From positions 1-54,622 of IMG/VR virus record IMGVR_UViG_3300017741_000005: a stretch of DNA of 54,622 nt, one strand, 5' to 3'. Of the stretch, positions 38,178 through 46,759 are shown piece by piece. The notes beneath the pieces are model-generated. The model had not been told where the DNA came from, searched no databases, and was given only the letters and a program-made list of their open reading frames with translations. The stretch is from a virus (Duplodnaviria; Caudoviricetes). Made by a program: the position numbers and the translations under genes. Numbering within the stretch: the stretch's first letter is position 1; each line of letters starts with the position of its first letter.

Positions 38178-39031
38178 TGATGAATAAATTACAAGTAGGT
38201 ATTGTTGGTTATGGTAAACTTGGACGGGCTGTTGAGTTTGCTTTCACTCATCCTCATGTCAACACATTTATTGTTGATGATGAGGAAGGAAAAAGTATTG
38301 ATGACTTGGTAGAGTGGAAACCTAATATTACAGTCATATGTGCTGAACCAGTTATTAGTGATGATGGTTTTCTTGATTGTTCTATCATTGAAGATGCAGC
38401 TCTAAAAATATTAGAACATACCAAGGGTGGTGTTATTGTTAAATCAATAATCACACCTGATATTGCCTCCCGACTTTTTGATTCTGTCTTTGACGATGAC
38501 TTAAAAAGACTGACATTTAATCCAGACCTTAATATCCACGATAATCCTAAGAGAGATTTTGTTGAAGCAGAATATCAGTTGGTTGGTGGACTTCGAGAAG
38601 CAACCGCCGCAGTTGCAAACATCTATGAGGCATTTACAAATATTCATGCTCAACAGTTTAAGTTTGCAACTGGGCCAGAGGTTTTGTATGCAAGACTTGC
38701 AACAGACTCTTTTATTGCACTCAAAAAACTCTGGTTCAATCAGGTGGTTGACTCTGCAAAAAGATTTCAATGTAACTCATCAACTGTCATCAATCATATA
38801 ATGAATGACCCTCGTGTCGGTAAAGAATATATGACTGTTCCAGACTATGATGGAAAAGATGGAATTGCAAATCAAGATATAACAAGAAACATTCGAGCGT
38901 TTTCACAGTTCGATAAAGACTTGACTTTGTTGAATGAATGTGTTATACTAAACGACAAGTATCGCAAAATAGGAGACTCGAATGTCGATAATGGACAAAC
39001 TGAAAAAGAACTCGAAAATCAAGACGACTGA
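38174..39031 (+). CDS. UDP-glucose/GDP-mannose dehydrogenase-like protein with degenerate active site
   Basis: GIVGYGKLG Rossmann motif, IVKS, FNP, FNQ, DPRVG..Y..VP..DG landmarks present; catalytic motifs replaced. Confidence 0.7.
   Translation: MMMNKLQVGIVGYGKLGRAVEFAFTHPHVNTFIVDDEEGKSIDDLVEWKPNITVICAEPVISDDGFLDCSIIEDAALKILEHTKGGVIVKSIITPDIASRLFDSVFDDDLKRLTFNPDLNIHDNPKRDFVEAEYQLVGGLREATAAVANIYEAFTNIHAQQFKFATGPEVLYARLATDSFIALKKLWFNQVVDSAKRFQCNSSTVINHIMNDPRVGKEYMTVPDYDGKDGIANQDITRNIRAFSQFDKDLTLLNECVILNDKYRKIGDSNVDNGQTEKELENQDD
38921..38949 (+). promoter_or_regulatory. Sigma70 promoter for uvsX
   Basis: TTGACT-N17-TATACT with TG. Confidence 0.75.
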
Positions 39032-40019
39032 AGTTCTAGAAAAAAGTAAATTCTTTACAGAAAAGGATATGGTCTCGACAGATGTTCCAATGGTGAACGT
39101 TGCATTGTCGGGGTCAATTAACGGTGGTGTCACGCCAGGACTTACAGTCCTTGCAGGCCCCAGTAAGCACTTCAAGACTTCGTTTGCTCTGCTCATGGCA
39201 GGTGCATATCTGAAAGCAAAAGAAGATGCAGTTCTGCTCTTTTATGATAGTGAGTTTGGTTCACCCCAATCTTACTTTGAGCAGTTCGGGATTGACACCA
39301 GCCGAGTTCTGCATACCCCGATTGCCAATGTCGAGGAACTCAAGTTTGATATAATTTCACAACTTGAGAACATTGACCGAACCGATAATGTGATTATCGT
39401 TATTGATTCGATTGGTAATCTCGCATCTAAGAAAGAACTAGAAGATGCGATGAATGAAAAGTCGGTTGCAGATATGTCTCGTGCAAAAGCACTCAAAGGT
39501 TTATTCCGCATGGTCACACCTTATTTGACTATGAAGAACATTCCGATGCTTGCCGTTAATCACACATACAAAGAGATTGGTCTCTTTCCAAAAGACATCG
39601 TGGGCGGTGGAACTGGTATCTACTACTCGTCTGATAACATCTGGATTATTGGTCGTCAACAAGATAAACAAGGAACAGAAATCAAGGGTTATCACTTTGT
39701 AATCAATATCGAAAAGTCTCGTTATGTAAAAGAGAAAAGTAAGATACCTATCTCTGTTTCTTGGGAAGGTGGTGTCCAACAGTTTAGTGGTCTTCTTGAT
39801 GTTGCTGTGGCTGGTGGGTATGTTGTCAAACCTAGTAATGGTTGGTATAGTATTGCAGGAGAAGAAAAGAAAGTTCGTCAAGCAGAGACACTCACCAAAG
39901 ATTTCTGGACTCCTGTCTTTGAGAACACTGACTTTGCTGATTTCATCAAGTCCCAATACTCAATCGGTCTTGCACAAAAAGTAGACATGGATGAGATTGC
40001 GGTGAATGAGAATGAATGA
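38982..40019 (+). CDS. uvsX: RecA-like recombinase UvsX
   Basis: LAGPSKHFKT, FYDSEFG, IDSIGNLASKKE, DMSRAK, GGTGIYYS. Confidence 0.97.
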   Translation: MSIMDKLKKNSKIKTTEVLEKSKFFTEKDMVSTDVPMVNVALSGSINGGVTPGLTVLAGPSKHFKTSFALLMAGAYLKAKEDAVLLFYDSEFGSPQSYFEQFGIDTSRVLHTPIANVEELKFDIISQLENIDRTDNVIIVIDSIGNLASKKELEDAMNEKSVADMSRAKALKGLFRMVTPYLTMKNIPMLAVNHTYKEIGLFPKDIVGGGTGIYYSSDNIWIIGRQQDKQGTEIKGYHFVINIEKSRYVKEKSKIPISVSWEGGVQQFSGLLDVAVAGGYVVKPSNGWYSIAGEEKKVRQAETLTKDFWTPVFENTDFADFIKSQYSIGLAQKVDMDEIAVNENE

Positions 40020-40422
40020 TATTGTAAACACACTGAGTGAAGATGTTCACTATGAGGTGATACCACAGGCCGATAGTCCTGATGGTTGGGATGTTCGTCT
40101 ACTTGAAGAATATCCTGAGACTGTAATTCGATTTGGTAACATCACCTTTCAAGGTGAGAATGCAGATGACCCCGATGGATACCTGTCATTTTCGTGTGAT
40201 GTAGTTTCAACTCCTGACCCTGACCTTGAGGGTATTGATGAGAACTTGACATTTCAAGAGTATTGTGGTAAAATACTTACTTCTATACTTGAAAGAGCGG
40301 TGAGTGAAGGAACTCTTGTCGGAAAAGACAATCAGACAGGAGAGATGTTGGCAACACCAGAAATGCATGAGGAAGCAAAGGAACTATACAATGAATATCA
40401 ATCTAGAACAGACGATACTTAG
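40006..40422 (+). CDS. Hypothetical protein in the gp40 syntenic position
   Basis: Between uvsX and gp41; contains an internal promoter TTGACA(40246)-N17-TAAAAT. Confidence 0.6.
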   Translation: MRMNDIVNTLSEDVHYEVIPQADSPDGWDVRLLEEYPETVIRFGNITFQGENADDPDGYLSFSCDVVSTPDPDLEGIDENLTFQEYCGKILTSILERAVSEGTLVGKDNQTGEMLATPEMHEEAKELYNEYQSRTDDT

Positions 40423-41770
40423 AAACCTTCTTACTAATGAAGAGTATATGCGAAGGGTTCTTCCTTTCATATCTCCTGATTACTTTGAGGGTGTCTATCG
40501 TGGTATGTTCAAAGAGGTTACAAAGTTCGTTGCTAAGTTCAATAAACTCCCTACTCTGGAGTCATTCAAGATTGAGATAGATGAAAACAATTCTCTTGGT
40601 GAAGAGAACTATCGTCAAGCAATTGAACTTCTTCCTAATGTCTTCACACCTGAATCTGAGAACCTTGACTGGTTGATTGAACGCACCGAGAAGTGGTGTC
40701 AAGACCGAGCAGTGTTCAACGCAGTGATGGAGAGTATCTCTATCATCGATGGTAAACATGCAACACTACAAAAGAATGCAATACCTGATGTCTTGAGTAA
40801 AGCACTAGGTGTTTCATTTGATGCAAATATTGGCCACGACTATCTTGAGAATGTGAATGAACGTTTTGACTTCTATCATCAACAGGAAGAAAGAGTTCCA
40901 TTTGACCTAGAACATTTCAATATGATTACCAAAGGTGGTCTGCCTAACAAGACACTGAACATCGCACTCGCAGGAACAGGAGTGGGTAAGTCTTTGTTCA
41001 TGTGTCATATGGGTGCATCCGCACTTTCACAAGGTCGTAATGTTCTCTATATCACAATGGAGATGGCAGAGGAACGTATCGCAGAACGCATGGATGCCAA
41101 TCTGTTGAATATTCCAATTGACCAGATTGAGAATCTATCTAAAGATATGTTCACAGACAAAGTGACTACACTGAAAGCAAAGACTGAGGGTAAACTGATT
41201 ATCAAAGAGTATCCAACAGGTCAAGCACACACAGGTCACTTTCGTGCATTGTTGAATGAACTCAAACTCAAGAAGAACTTTGTTCCTGAAATGATTTTCA
41301 TTGACTACCTAAATATATGTGCGTCATCACGAATGAAAGGAATGGGCGGTGCTATCAACTCATATTCATACATTAAAAGCATTGCAGAGGAAATTAGAGG
41401 CCTCGCAGTCGAGTTCAACGTTCCGATTGTATCTGCAACGCAGACGACTCGTTCTGGTTATTCTAATGACGATGTTGGGTTGGAAGATACGTCCGAGTCT
41501 TTTGGACTACCCGCTACCGCCGACCTCATGTTCGCACTCATCTCAAACGATGAACTAAATAATGTTGGAAAGATACTGGTCAAACAGTTGAAGAATCGAT
41601 ATAATGACCCGACACGATACAATCGGTTCACTCTCAAGATTGACAGGTCTAAGATGCGTCTCTCTGATGACAATGACAGTGATGATGGAGTGAAAGCGGA
41701 TAATGTAATTCCTGTCTTTGACCAGACTAAAACCGCTGATAGATTTAAAGATTTTAAGATAGATGGTTAA
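40391..41770 (+). CDS. gp41: Replicative helicase gp41 (DnaB-like)
   Basis: ALAGTGVGKS, YITMEMAEE, IKEYPT, IDYLNI, SATQTTRSG, KQLKNRY. Start at MNINLEQTIL. Confidence 0.97.
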   Translation: MNINLEQTILRNLLTNEEYMRRVLPFISPDYFEGVYRGMFKEVTKFVAKFNKLPTLESFKIEIDENNSLGEENYRQAIELLPNVFTPESENLDWLIERTEKWCQDRAVFNAVMESISIIDGKHATLQKNAIPDVLSKALGVSFDANIGHDYLENVNERFDFYHQQEERVPFDLEHFNMITKGGLPNKTLNIALAGTGVGKSLFMCHMGASALSQGRNVLYITMEMAEERIAERMDANLLNIPIDQIENLSKDMFTDKVTTLKAKTEGKLIIKEYPTGQAHTGHFRALLNELKLKKNFVPEMIFIDYLNICASSRMKGMGGAINSYSYIKSIAEEIRGLAVEFNVPIVSATQTTRSGYSNDDVGLEDTSESFGLPATADLMFALISNDELNNVGKILVKQLKNRYNDPTRYNRFTLKIDRSKMRLSDDNDSDDGVKADNVIPVFDQTKTADRFKDFKIDG

Positions 41771-41776
41771 GAAAAA

Positions 41777-42433
41777 ATGAGTGAAGTAAATCTTATTGCA
41801 GTGAGTAAGCCTTCTGCTATTACAGAATGCACAACAGCAGAGCAACTTATTGCCTATACCGCACGAGTAAGTAATCCTGCTAATCAGAGCAACACCGAAA
41901 CAGCACCACGTCTGTTGCGTTATCTGATTCGTGAAGCACATTGGTCACCATTTGAGATGGTGCATATGACTCTTGAAATCAAAACGACTCGTGACATTGC
42001 ACGTCAGATTTTGCGTCACCGCTCGTTCTCGTATCAAGAGTTCTCGCAACGATATGCTGTTGCGCCAGGATTTGAGTCACGCAAAGCACGACTACAAGAC
42101 GAGAAGAATCGTCAGAACTCTGTAGAGACCGATGACCATGACTTGAATGAGTGGTGGTCGATGGAACAGAAGAAAGTCCAAGCACATGCTGAGATGTCTT
42201 ATAAAGATGCACTTGCAAAAGGTATTGCAAAGGAACAAGCACGGGCATTATTACCCGAAGGTTTGACACAATCAACAATCTACATGGCGGGTTCACTTCG
42301 TTCTTGGATTCACTATTGTGACTTGCGTAGAGGGAATGGCACACAGAAGGAACACAGTGAGGTTGCTGACAAGTGTTGGGAAATCATTGGCGTTCACTTT
42401 CCAGACATTGTAAAAGCATTAGAAGATGACTGA
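41777..42433 (+). CDS. thyX: FAD-dependent thymidylate synthase ThyX
   Basis: HWSPFEM, QILRHRSFSYQEFSQRY (RHRx7S), EQARALLP, TQKEH. Confidence 0.95.
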   Translation: MSEVNLIAVSKPSAITECTTAEQLIAYTARVSNPANQSNTETAPRLLRYLIREAHWSPFEMVHMTLEIKTTRDIARQILRHRSFSYQEFSQRYAVAPGFESRKARLQDEKNRQNSVETDDHDLNEWWSMEQKKVQAHAEMSYKDALAKGIAKEQARALLPEGLTQSTIYMAGSLRSWIHYCDLRRGNGTQKEHSEVADKCWEIIGVHFPDIVKALEDD

Positions 42434-43085
42434 GATTACAATCCGTAATAAAGACTTTCTTCGAACTCTTGAAGAGACTTCAGATATGTTCATCGAACAC
42501 AAAGACCTGATGGGACAACTTGCTAAGAATCTTGGGAATGTTCCGATTGGACAGGGTAAGAAGTATACCGAACCAGAGACCTATTATGAGGCATTGGAAC
42601 AGGCTGAACATCACACAGGATTTCCAGAACGAGGATATGCCTTTCAAGTCTTTGATGGTGTGATGTCTCATCCCGAAATATTCTCTCCACTGAATGACCA
42701 TACCAAATATAATCTGGTTCAACAGTTCAACGCAAATAGTAATTCTCTGACATCATACTATCCACCTCAAGGTTACATTGAATGGCACACCAACTGGAAT
42801 GCGTTTGGATATCAAATTATTTTTACTTGGAGTGAAAGTGGAGATGGATACTTTCGTTATTTTGATAAAGAGAAAAATGACTTTGTAACTCATGAAGATA
42901 AAAAAGGTTGGCAAGCAAGGTGGTATCGATTTGGTCGTGTAGACGAACCTCAACATCACTGTTGGCACGCCGCATGGACAGAATGTCCTCGACTGACTCT
43001 TGCATATAAGTTCTCATACAAGAGTGTGTTACCAGAACAAGCCTTTATGGGAATATCAGATTTGATAGAAGAGATTGAAAATTGA
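42426..43085 (+). CDS. Hypothetical protein, possible cupin/2OG-oxygenase fold
   Basis: YYPPQGYIEWHTN...CWHAA...RLTL pattern resembles an HxD/N...H...R jelly roll. Confidence 0.5.
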   Translation: MTEITIRNKDFLRTLEETSDMFIEHKDLMGQLAKNLGNVPIGQGKKYTEPETYYEALEQAEHHTGFPERGYAFQVFDGVMSHPEIFSPLNDHTKYNLVQQFNANSNSLTSYYPPQGYIEWHTNWNAFGYQIIFTWSESGDGYFRYFDKEKNDFVTHEDKKGWQARWYRFGRVDEPQHHCWHAAWTECPRLTLAYKFSYKSVLPEQAFMGISDLIEEIEN

Positions 43086-43615
43086 GATTATCATTAATTA
43101 TATTATGTTTGTTTGTAGTTTCCTGTGAAGAGTTAAATCAAGATATTAAATCAAAAGATTTGTCTCCTGTCGAACTTTATCAAAAGAAAGTTGACCCCAA
43201 GGAACTTCGTTGTCTTTCGTTGAATATCTACCATGAGGCCAGAAATGATAATCTTGCAGGAATGGTTGCAACCGCAGATGTGGTTTTGAATCGAGTGAAT
43301 GACACTCGTTATCCTAATGATGTGTGTGCAGTTATCTTTCAGAGTCAAGTATGGGAAAGTGGAATACCAAAGAAACATAAATGTCAGTTCTCTTGGTATT
43401 GTGATGGACTTTCAGATGAACCAAGAGTAGGAACGCCTTGGGAGAAGTCTAAGAAGGTTGCTGAGAATTTACTTGCGAATGATACACATCGAGGATTGAC
43501 TGAGGGTGCAACACATTACCATGCACACTATGTCAAACCATACTGGGCTGTTGATGATGGTATGCATCTTGTAGGAACGATTGGAGAACACATATTTTAT
43601 AGGTGGGATAGATGA
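43082..43615 (+). CDS. SleB/CwlJ-like cell wall hydrolase (Hydrolase_2), possible lipoprotein
   Basis: CLSLNIYHEAR, VVLNRV...YP..VC.V, CQFSWYCDG, GATHYHA.YVKPYW, IGEHIFYR; N-terminal hydrophobic stretch ending VVSC. Confidence 0.9.
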   Translation: MRLSLIILCLFVVSCEELNQDIKSKDLSPVELYQKKVDPKELRCLSLNIYHEARNDNLAGMVATADVVLNRVNDTRYPNDVCAVIFQSQVWESGIPKKHKCQFSWYCDGLSDEPRVGTPWEKSKKVAENLLANDTHRGLTEGATHYHAHYVKPYWAVDDGMHLVGTIGEHIFYRWDR

Positions 43616-45030
43616 TACTAAACAGAGAGATACTAAGACCAAATTTTATTTGTCGAACTAATCAGTTTGACCACGTTCCTGATATGAATCGAAGAGAGTT
43701 CTGTGAACGCATTGACAAGTGGAAGTCTTTTCTTGTAAACGAAGGTAGACTAAGAAAAGGAGACCTTGTTCTCAATTCATTTATCTTTGGAGATACTGAC
43801 CATTATGCCTTGTTCTTTGCATGTGCGGAACTTGGTATTCAAACATGGTGTGGAAACTATCCTTACAATAATCCACTCCTTGATTGCACTACACTTGCGA
43901 AAGTTAAGTTTGATGCAATCTTTACGAATATCATGGCAAAGACCTTCTATGGTAATAGTGAGATTTTTGATTTCACTGAGAAGATGATGGAAAGAAACAG
44001 AGGTAAGATATTCTTTCAAGAAGAGATTGACATTGCAAACTATGATAAAGAGTGTTTATACTCACCCTTTGTTCATCTAGACGATATATTACATGTCACA
44101 CACACCTCTGGTTATTCGGGAGATGATTACAAGTTTTCATACTTGACTCACAGACAGGCAATGGGTCTTGGATACAGAAACGCAGATGCACTTGGTATCA
44201 GAGATACACTTGCACTTCACACTAACAATATTCATCATGCTCGTGCATTGACGACATACTTCTTACCTGCAATCATGACTTGTGATGAACATCTGTTCTA
44301 TAATCTACCAAACAATACCGACTACTGGCCTGAAGATATGGTCAAGTGTCTGGAGAAGGATTTGGCAAGGGAAGAGAGAAAAGTTGTTCTTGCACAGAGT
44401 GATTTGGTTTTAGATAAACTTCAGGATTTTACTTGTTCTAATACTAAGTTTTTACTTCATCGAGGAAAACAAAAACTTCGAAACGTTCCTGTAACAACAA
44501 TCTTTGGTGAGACTGATGGCCCTCATGCGTTGTTTATTAATGGTCGTCTCGTTGATGATTACTACAAGGTTCAGATTATGGATGATGGAACAACTCTGGT
44601 CAAGAGTCGAGATTGCAAATCATGGCATATGCTTGACGAGAAGTTTGAGGAACAAGATGGTGAGTATCATATCATTGGAAGACAGTCAGAACATTCCGAC
44701 ACAGAGTATCTCAGAGATATATTAGGTCATGACGACTTTGAAATTGTAACCAAGTATGGACGAAAGTATCTGATTATACTAGATGACAATTGGGGAACAC
44801 GATATGGGATTGATGATTTACCTGATGGTGTCTTTGATTTTGATTTCACAAGTATACACACTATAAATCCTAATGCCTATACATCTGATGAGACAAGACA
44901 GTGGTGGGCTCTCAAAGAACACTTGTATCGTTCTGGTTTTGATAATAAGTCTTTTGAGATGTTTGAAGAAAGTCGTATCAAGGGAACAGATAATCTTGAT
45001 AAAATCATTGACAATACACGATATCTATGA
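43612..45030 (+). CDS. Divergent AMP-binding (ANL superfamily)-like protein
   Basis: FFACAELG, P-loop-like HTSGYSG, NIHHARAL...LPAIM, FGETD, IIGR. Confidence 0.65.
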   Translation: MILNREILRPNFICRTNQFDHVPDMNRREFCERIDKWKSFLVNEGRLRKGDLVLNSFIFGDTDHYALFFACAELGIQTWCGNYPYNNPLLDCTTLAKVKFDAIFTNIMAKTFYGNSEIFDFTEKMMERNRGKIFFQEEIDIANYDKECLYSPFVHLDDILHVTHTSGYSGDDYKFSYLTHRQAMGLGYRNADALGIRDTLALHTNNIHHARALTTYFLPAIMTCDEHLFYNLPNNTDYWPEDMVKCLEKDLAREERKVVLAQSDLVLDKLQDFTCSNTKFLLHRGKQKLRNVPVTTIFGETDGPHALFINGRLVDDYYKVQIMDDGTTLVKSRDCKSWHMLDEKFEEQDGEYHIIGRQSEHSDTEYLRDILGHDDFEIVTKYGRKYLIILDDNWGTRYGIDDLPDGVFDFDFTSIHTINPNAYTSDETRQWWALKEHLYRSGFDNKSFEMFEESRIKGTDNLDKIIDNTRYL

Positions 45031-45036
45031 TATAAT
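45008..45036 (+). promoter_or_regulatory. Perfect sigma70 promoter
   Basis: TTGACA-N17-TATAAT with TG. Confidence 0.85.
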
Positions 45037-45061
45037 ACACAGATATAAAATGGAGAATATT

Positions 45062-45343
45062 ATGAATGCAGACTGGAAAACAATGTCAAAATATGAATAT
45101 GATAAAGTAGTTAATACACTGAGAGAGAATATAGTCAAACTTTCTTTCGTCAAAGTCAAAGATGGTCAGGTTCGCAACATGCGGGCTACTTTGGACTCAA
45201 GGTTTATTCCAGAGGACAAACGACCAACTACCACACTTGAACCCAATGAAAAGAAAGAGACCGTTCGTGTCTATGACTTGGATGTGGAAGGTTGGCGTTC
45301 GTTTCGTGTGAATAGTCTACAGACATTTGATGCGATTGTCTAA
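45062..45343 (+). CDS. SH3-like phage protein (DUF2693/WYL-like)
   Basis: F.KVKDG.VR.MRATL...VYDLDVEGWRSFR motif; ATG after GGAG. Confidence 0.75.
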   Translation: MNADWKTMSKYEYDKVVNTLRENIVKLSFVKVKDGQVRNMRATLDSRFIPEDKRPTTTLEPNEKKETVRVYDLDVEGWRSFRVNSLQTFDAIV

Positions 45344-45651
45344 TGAGTAAGATTGACTATAAGTATAATGAGTTGAAACTCATCAAGGAATTAGTTGATT
45401 ATGTCAACTCAACCTATGATGAACATTACTCTCAAAACAAGTATCAGGCGACTGAGTTCATCATTGATGCTGGTCATGGAGAGGGTTTCACTCTAGGAAA
45501 CATTTTGAAATATACTCAACGATATGGTAAGAAGGCTGGAAAGAATCGTGCTGACTTACTCAAGGTTTTACACTATGCGTTGATTGCTTTACACGTTCAC
45601 GATATGGAGAATGAAAATGGAATGGATTTCACGAGACAGCAGACGGACTGA
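45343..45651 (+). CDS. DUF3310-family protein
   Basis: HY...EFI...GF.LGNILKY..RYGKK.G...DLLK..HY. Confidence 0.75.
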   Translation: MSKIDYKYNELKLIKELVDYVNSTYDEHYSQNKYQATEFIIDAGHGEGFTLGNILKYTQRYGKKAGKNRADLLKVLHYALIALHVHDMENENGMDFTRQQTD

Positions 45652-45883
45652 GAAACTTGTAAGACGAGGTTTGTCCTACATCATGGGAGAACTCACGATG
45701 TGGGGTGAAAAATATTCGGGTGGTGGTTCAGTTCCCAAGTCTGTCAAAAGACGAGTCAATCGTTTGATGAATGCGAGAAAGATTTATCTGGAACGCAAAG
45801 AAGTCAAGGACTCTATTCCCCAAAGCGAACTTGATAAAAAAATCGCAGAGTATGAGAATAAAGACTTGACATCTACTGCATAG
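45617..45883 (+). CDS. Hypothetical basic protein
   Basis: GGAG SD; open frame up to the promoter region. Confidence 0.6.
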   Translation: MEWISRDSRRTEKLVRRGLSYIMGELTMWGEKYSGGGSVPKSVKRRVNRLMNARKIYLERKEVKDSIPQSELDKKIAEYENKDLTSTA

Positions 45884-45894
45884 TATGATACTAT
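45866..45894 (+). promoter_or_regulatory. Sigma70 promoter for the RNA gene cluster
   Basis: TTGACA-N17-TACTAT with TG. Confidence 0.75.
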
Positions 45895-45902
45895 AAAAAT
45901 AA

Positions 45903-45974
45903 TGATGAAAATTTAGGTTGGTTGGCCTACAGTGAAGTTCTCAGTATGAGTGTAGGGATACAAGTTTTTCATCA
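45903..45974 (+). ncRNA. Unidentified structured RNA (about 72 nt) upstream of tRNA-Gly
   Basis: Closing stem tgatgaaaa/ttttcatca, inner stems cctaca/tgtagg and ctca/tgag; begins at the predicted +1. Confidence 0.45.
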
Positions 45975-45980
45975 ATCAAT

Positions 45981-46054
45981 GCGGATGTAGCATAATGGTA
46001 ATGCACTGGATTTCCAATCCATTGATGAAAGTTCGATTCTTTCCATCCGCTCCA
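45981..46054 (+). tRNA. trnG: tRNA-Gly(TCC)
   Basis: Acceptor gcggatg/catccgc, D arm gcat/atgc, anticodon loop tttccaa, T arm gaaag-ttcgatt-ctttc, encoded CCA. Confidence 0.93.
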
Positions 46055-46075
46055 TTATTTGAAAGGCAAAATGAT

Positions 46076-46300
46076 ATGGATAATTTTACAAAATCAACTC
46101 TTCTTATGTTTCTAATAATCGCTTTATTAATTGGTTATGTTTTTGGTTTTAAAATAGGAATAGACAAAGGTGCTGAAGAAGCTTCTTCACTTTGTTATGA
46201 GGAGTCTCTCGATGCAGACCTTGAATTTCTCAAGATTGAACGCATGATAGATTTATTTTTCGATAAAGCAGTAGAGTTCAAAAATGCAACGGGTGGGTAA
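46076..46300 (+). CDS. Small membrane protein
   Basis: Start moved to the ATG after GAAAGG, downstream of the tRNA; N-terminal transmembrane helix. Confidence 0.65.
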   Translation: MDNFTKSTLLMFLIIALLIGYVFGFKIGIDKGAEEASSLCYEESLDADLEFLKIERMIDLFFDKAVEFKNATGG

Positions 46301-46490
46301 ATCACATAAAGCATCTGGTGCTGAAAACATGCAACAGATGAAGACTACGTTGTTCTTCAAGGCATGTAAAGAAGTTCTTGAAGAATATGGTCATGAGGAT
46401 GCGGCATTCTACTTCGAGCAAGTGGAGACACACATGCGAAGTGGTGGTAGTCTTGATGCTAACAAGGCTGGCAATATCCTTGGTGTATAA
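46293..46490 (+). CDS. Hypothetical protein
   Basis: Overlaps the upstream stop; its end overlaps the late promoter. Confidence 0.6.
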   Translation: MGKSHKASGAENMQQMKTTLFFKACKEVLEEYGHEDAAFYFEQVETHMRSGGSLDANKAGNILGV

Positions 46491-46493
46491 ATA
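46486..46493 (+). promoter_or_regulatory. T4 late promoter TATAAATA driving the tmRNA
   Basis: Exact consensus immediately upstream of the tmRNA acceptor piece. Confidence 0.8.
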
Positions 46494-46499
46494 AAAGTA

Positions 46500-46740
46500 T
46501 TCGTTGAAGCAAACCAAAAGGTATACTGGACGTGGGTGCAATACCCACCGCCTCCACCAAACCCCCTCTGAGGGGGCGAAATAGGTTCGACAGGTATTGA
46601 TTAGGAATGTGGAGAATAGGTGTGGAAGCGACCTTAATCGTAACAAACTCGTAAGTGCAAACGATAATTACGCACATGAAGAGTATGCGCTAGCCGCATA
46701 GTTTTCGGGGTCAGGGGACGCCTAGCAACAGAAGTCCTCA
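46500..46740 (+). ncRNA. ssrA: Two-piece (circularly permuted) tmRNA, tag ANDNYAHEEYALAA
   Basis: The 3' half comes first (T arm gtggg-tgcaata-cccac, CGCCTCC-A-CCA ending 46559), then a 12-nt intervening segment, then the 5' half GGGGGCG (46572) giving a G3-U70 pair. Tag ORF 46657-46701 ends LAA*; ctagcaacagaa follows. Ends approximate. Confidence 0.92.
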
Positions 46741-46759
46741 CTTTTTATTAGGAGATACT

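Noticed and set aside
3353-41770. Introns or inteins in gp17, gp43, gp41 or uvsX
   Set aside because: All are uninterrupted ORFs of ordinary length with no splice motifs seen.
45995-46075. 5' extension of ORF 45995..46300
   Set aside because: Overlaps the tRNA-Gly; a better start with an SD is at 46076.
46302-46677. Minus-strand ORFs 46302..46646 and 46459..46677
   Set aside because: Shadow ORFs antisense to the tmRNA and the upstream gene.
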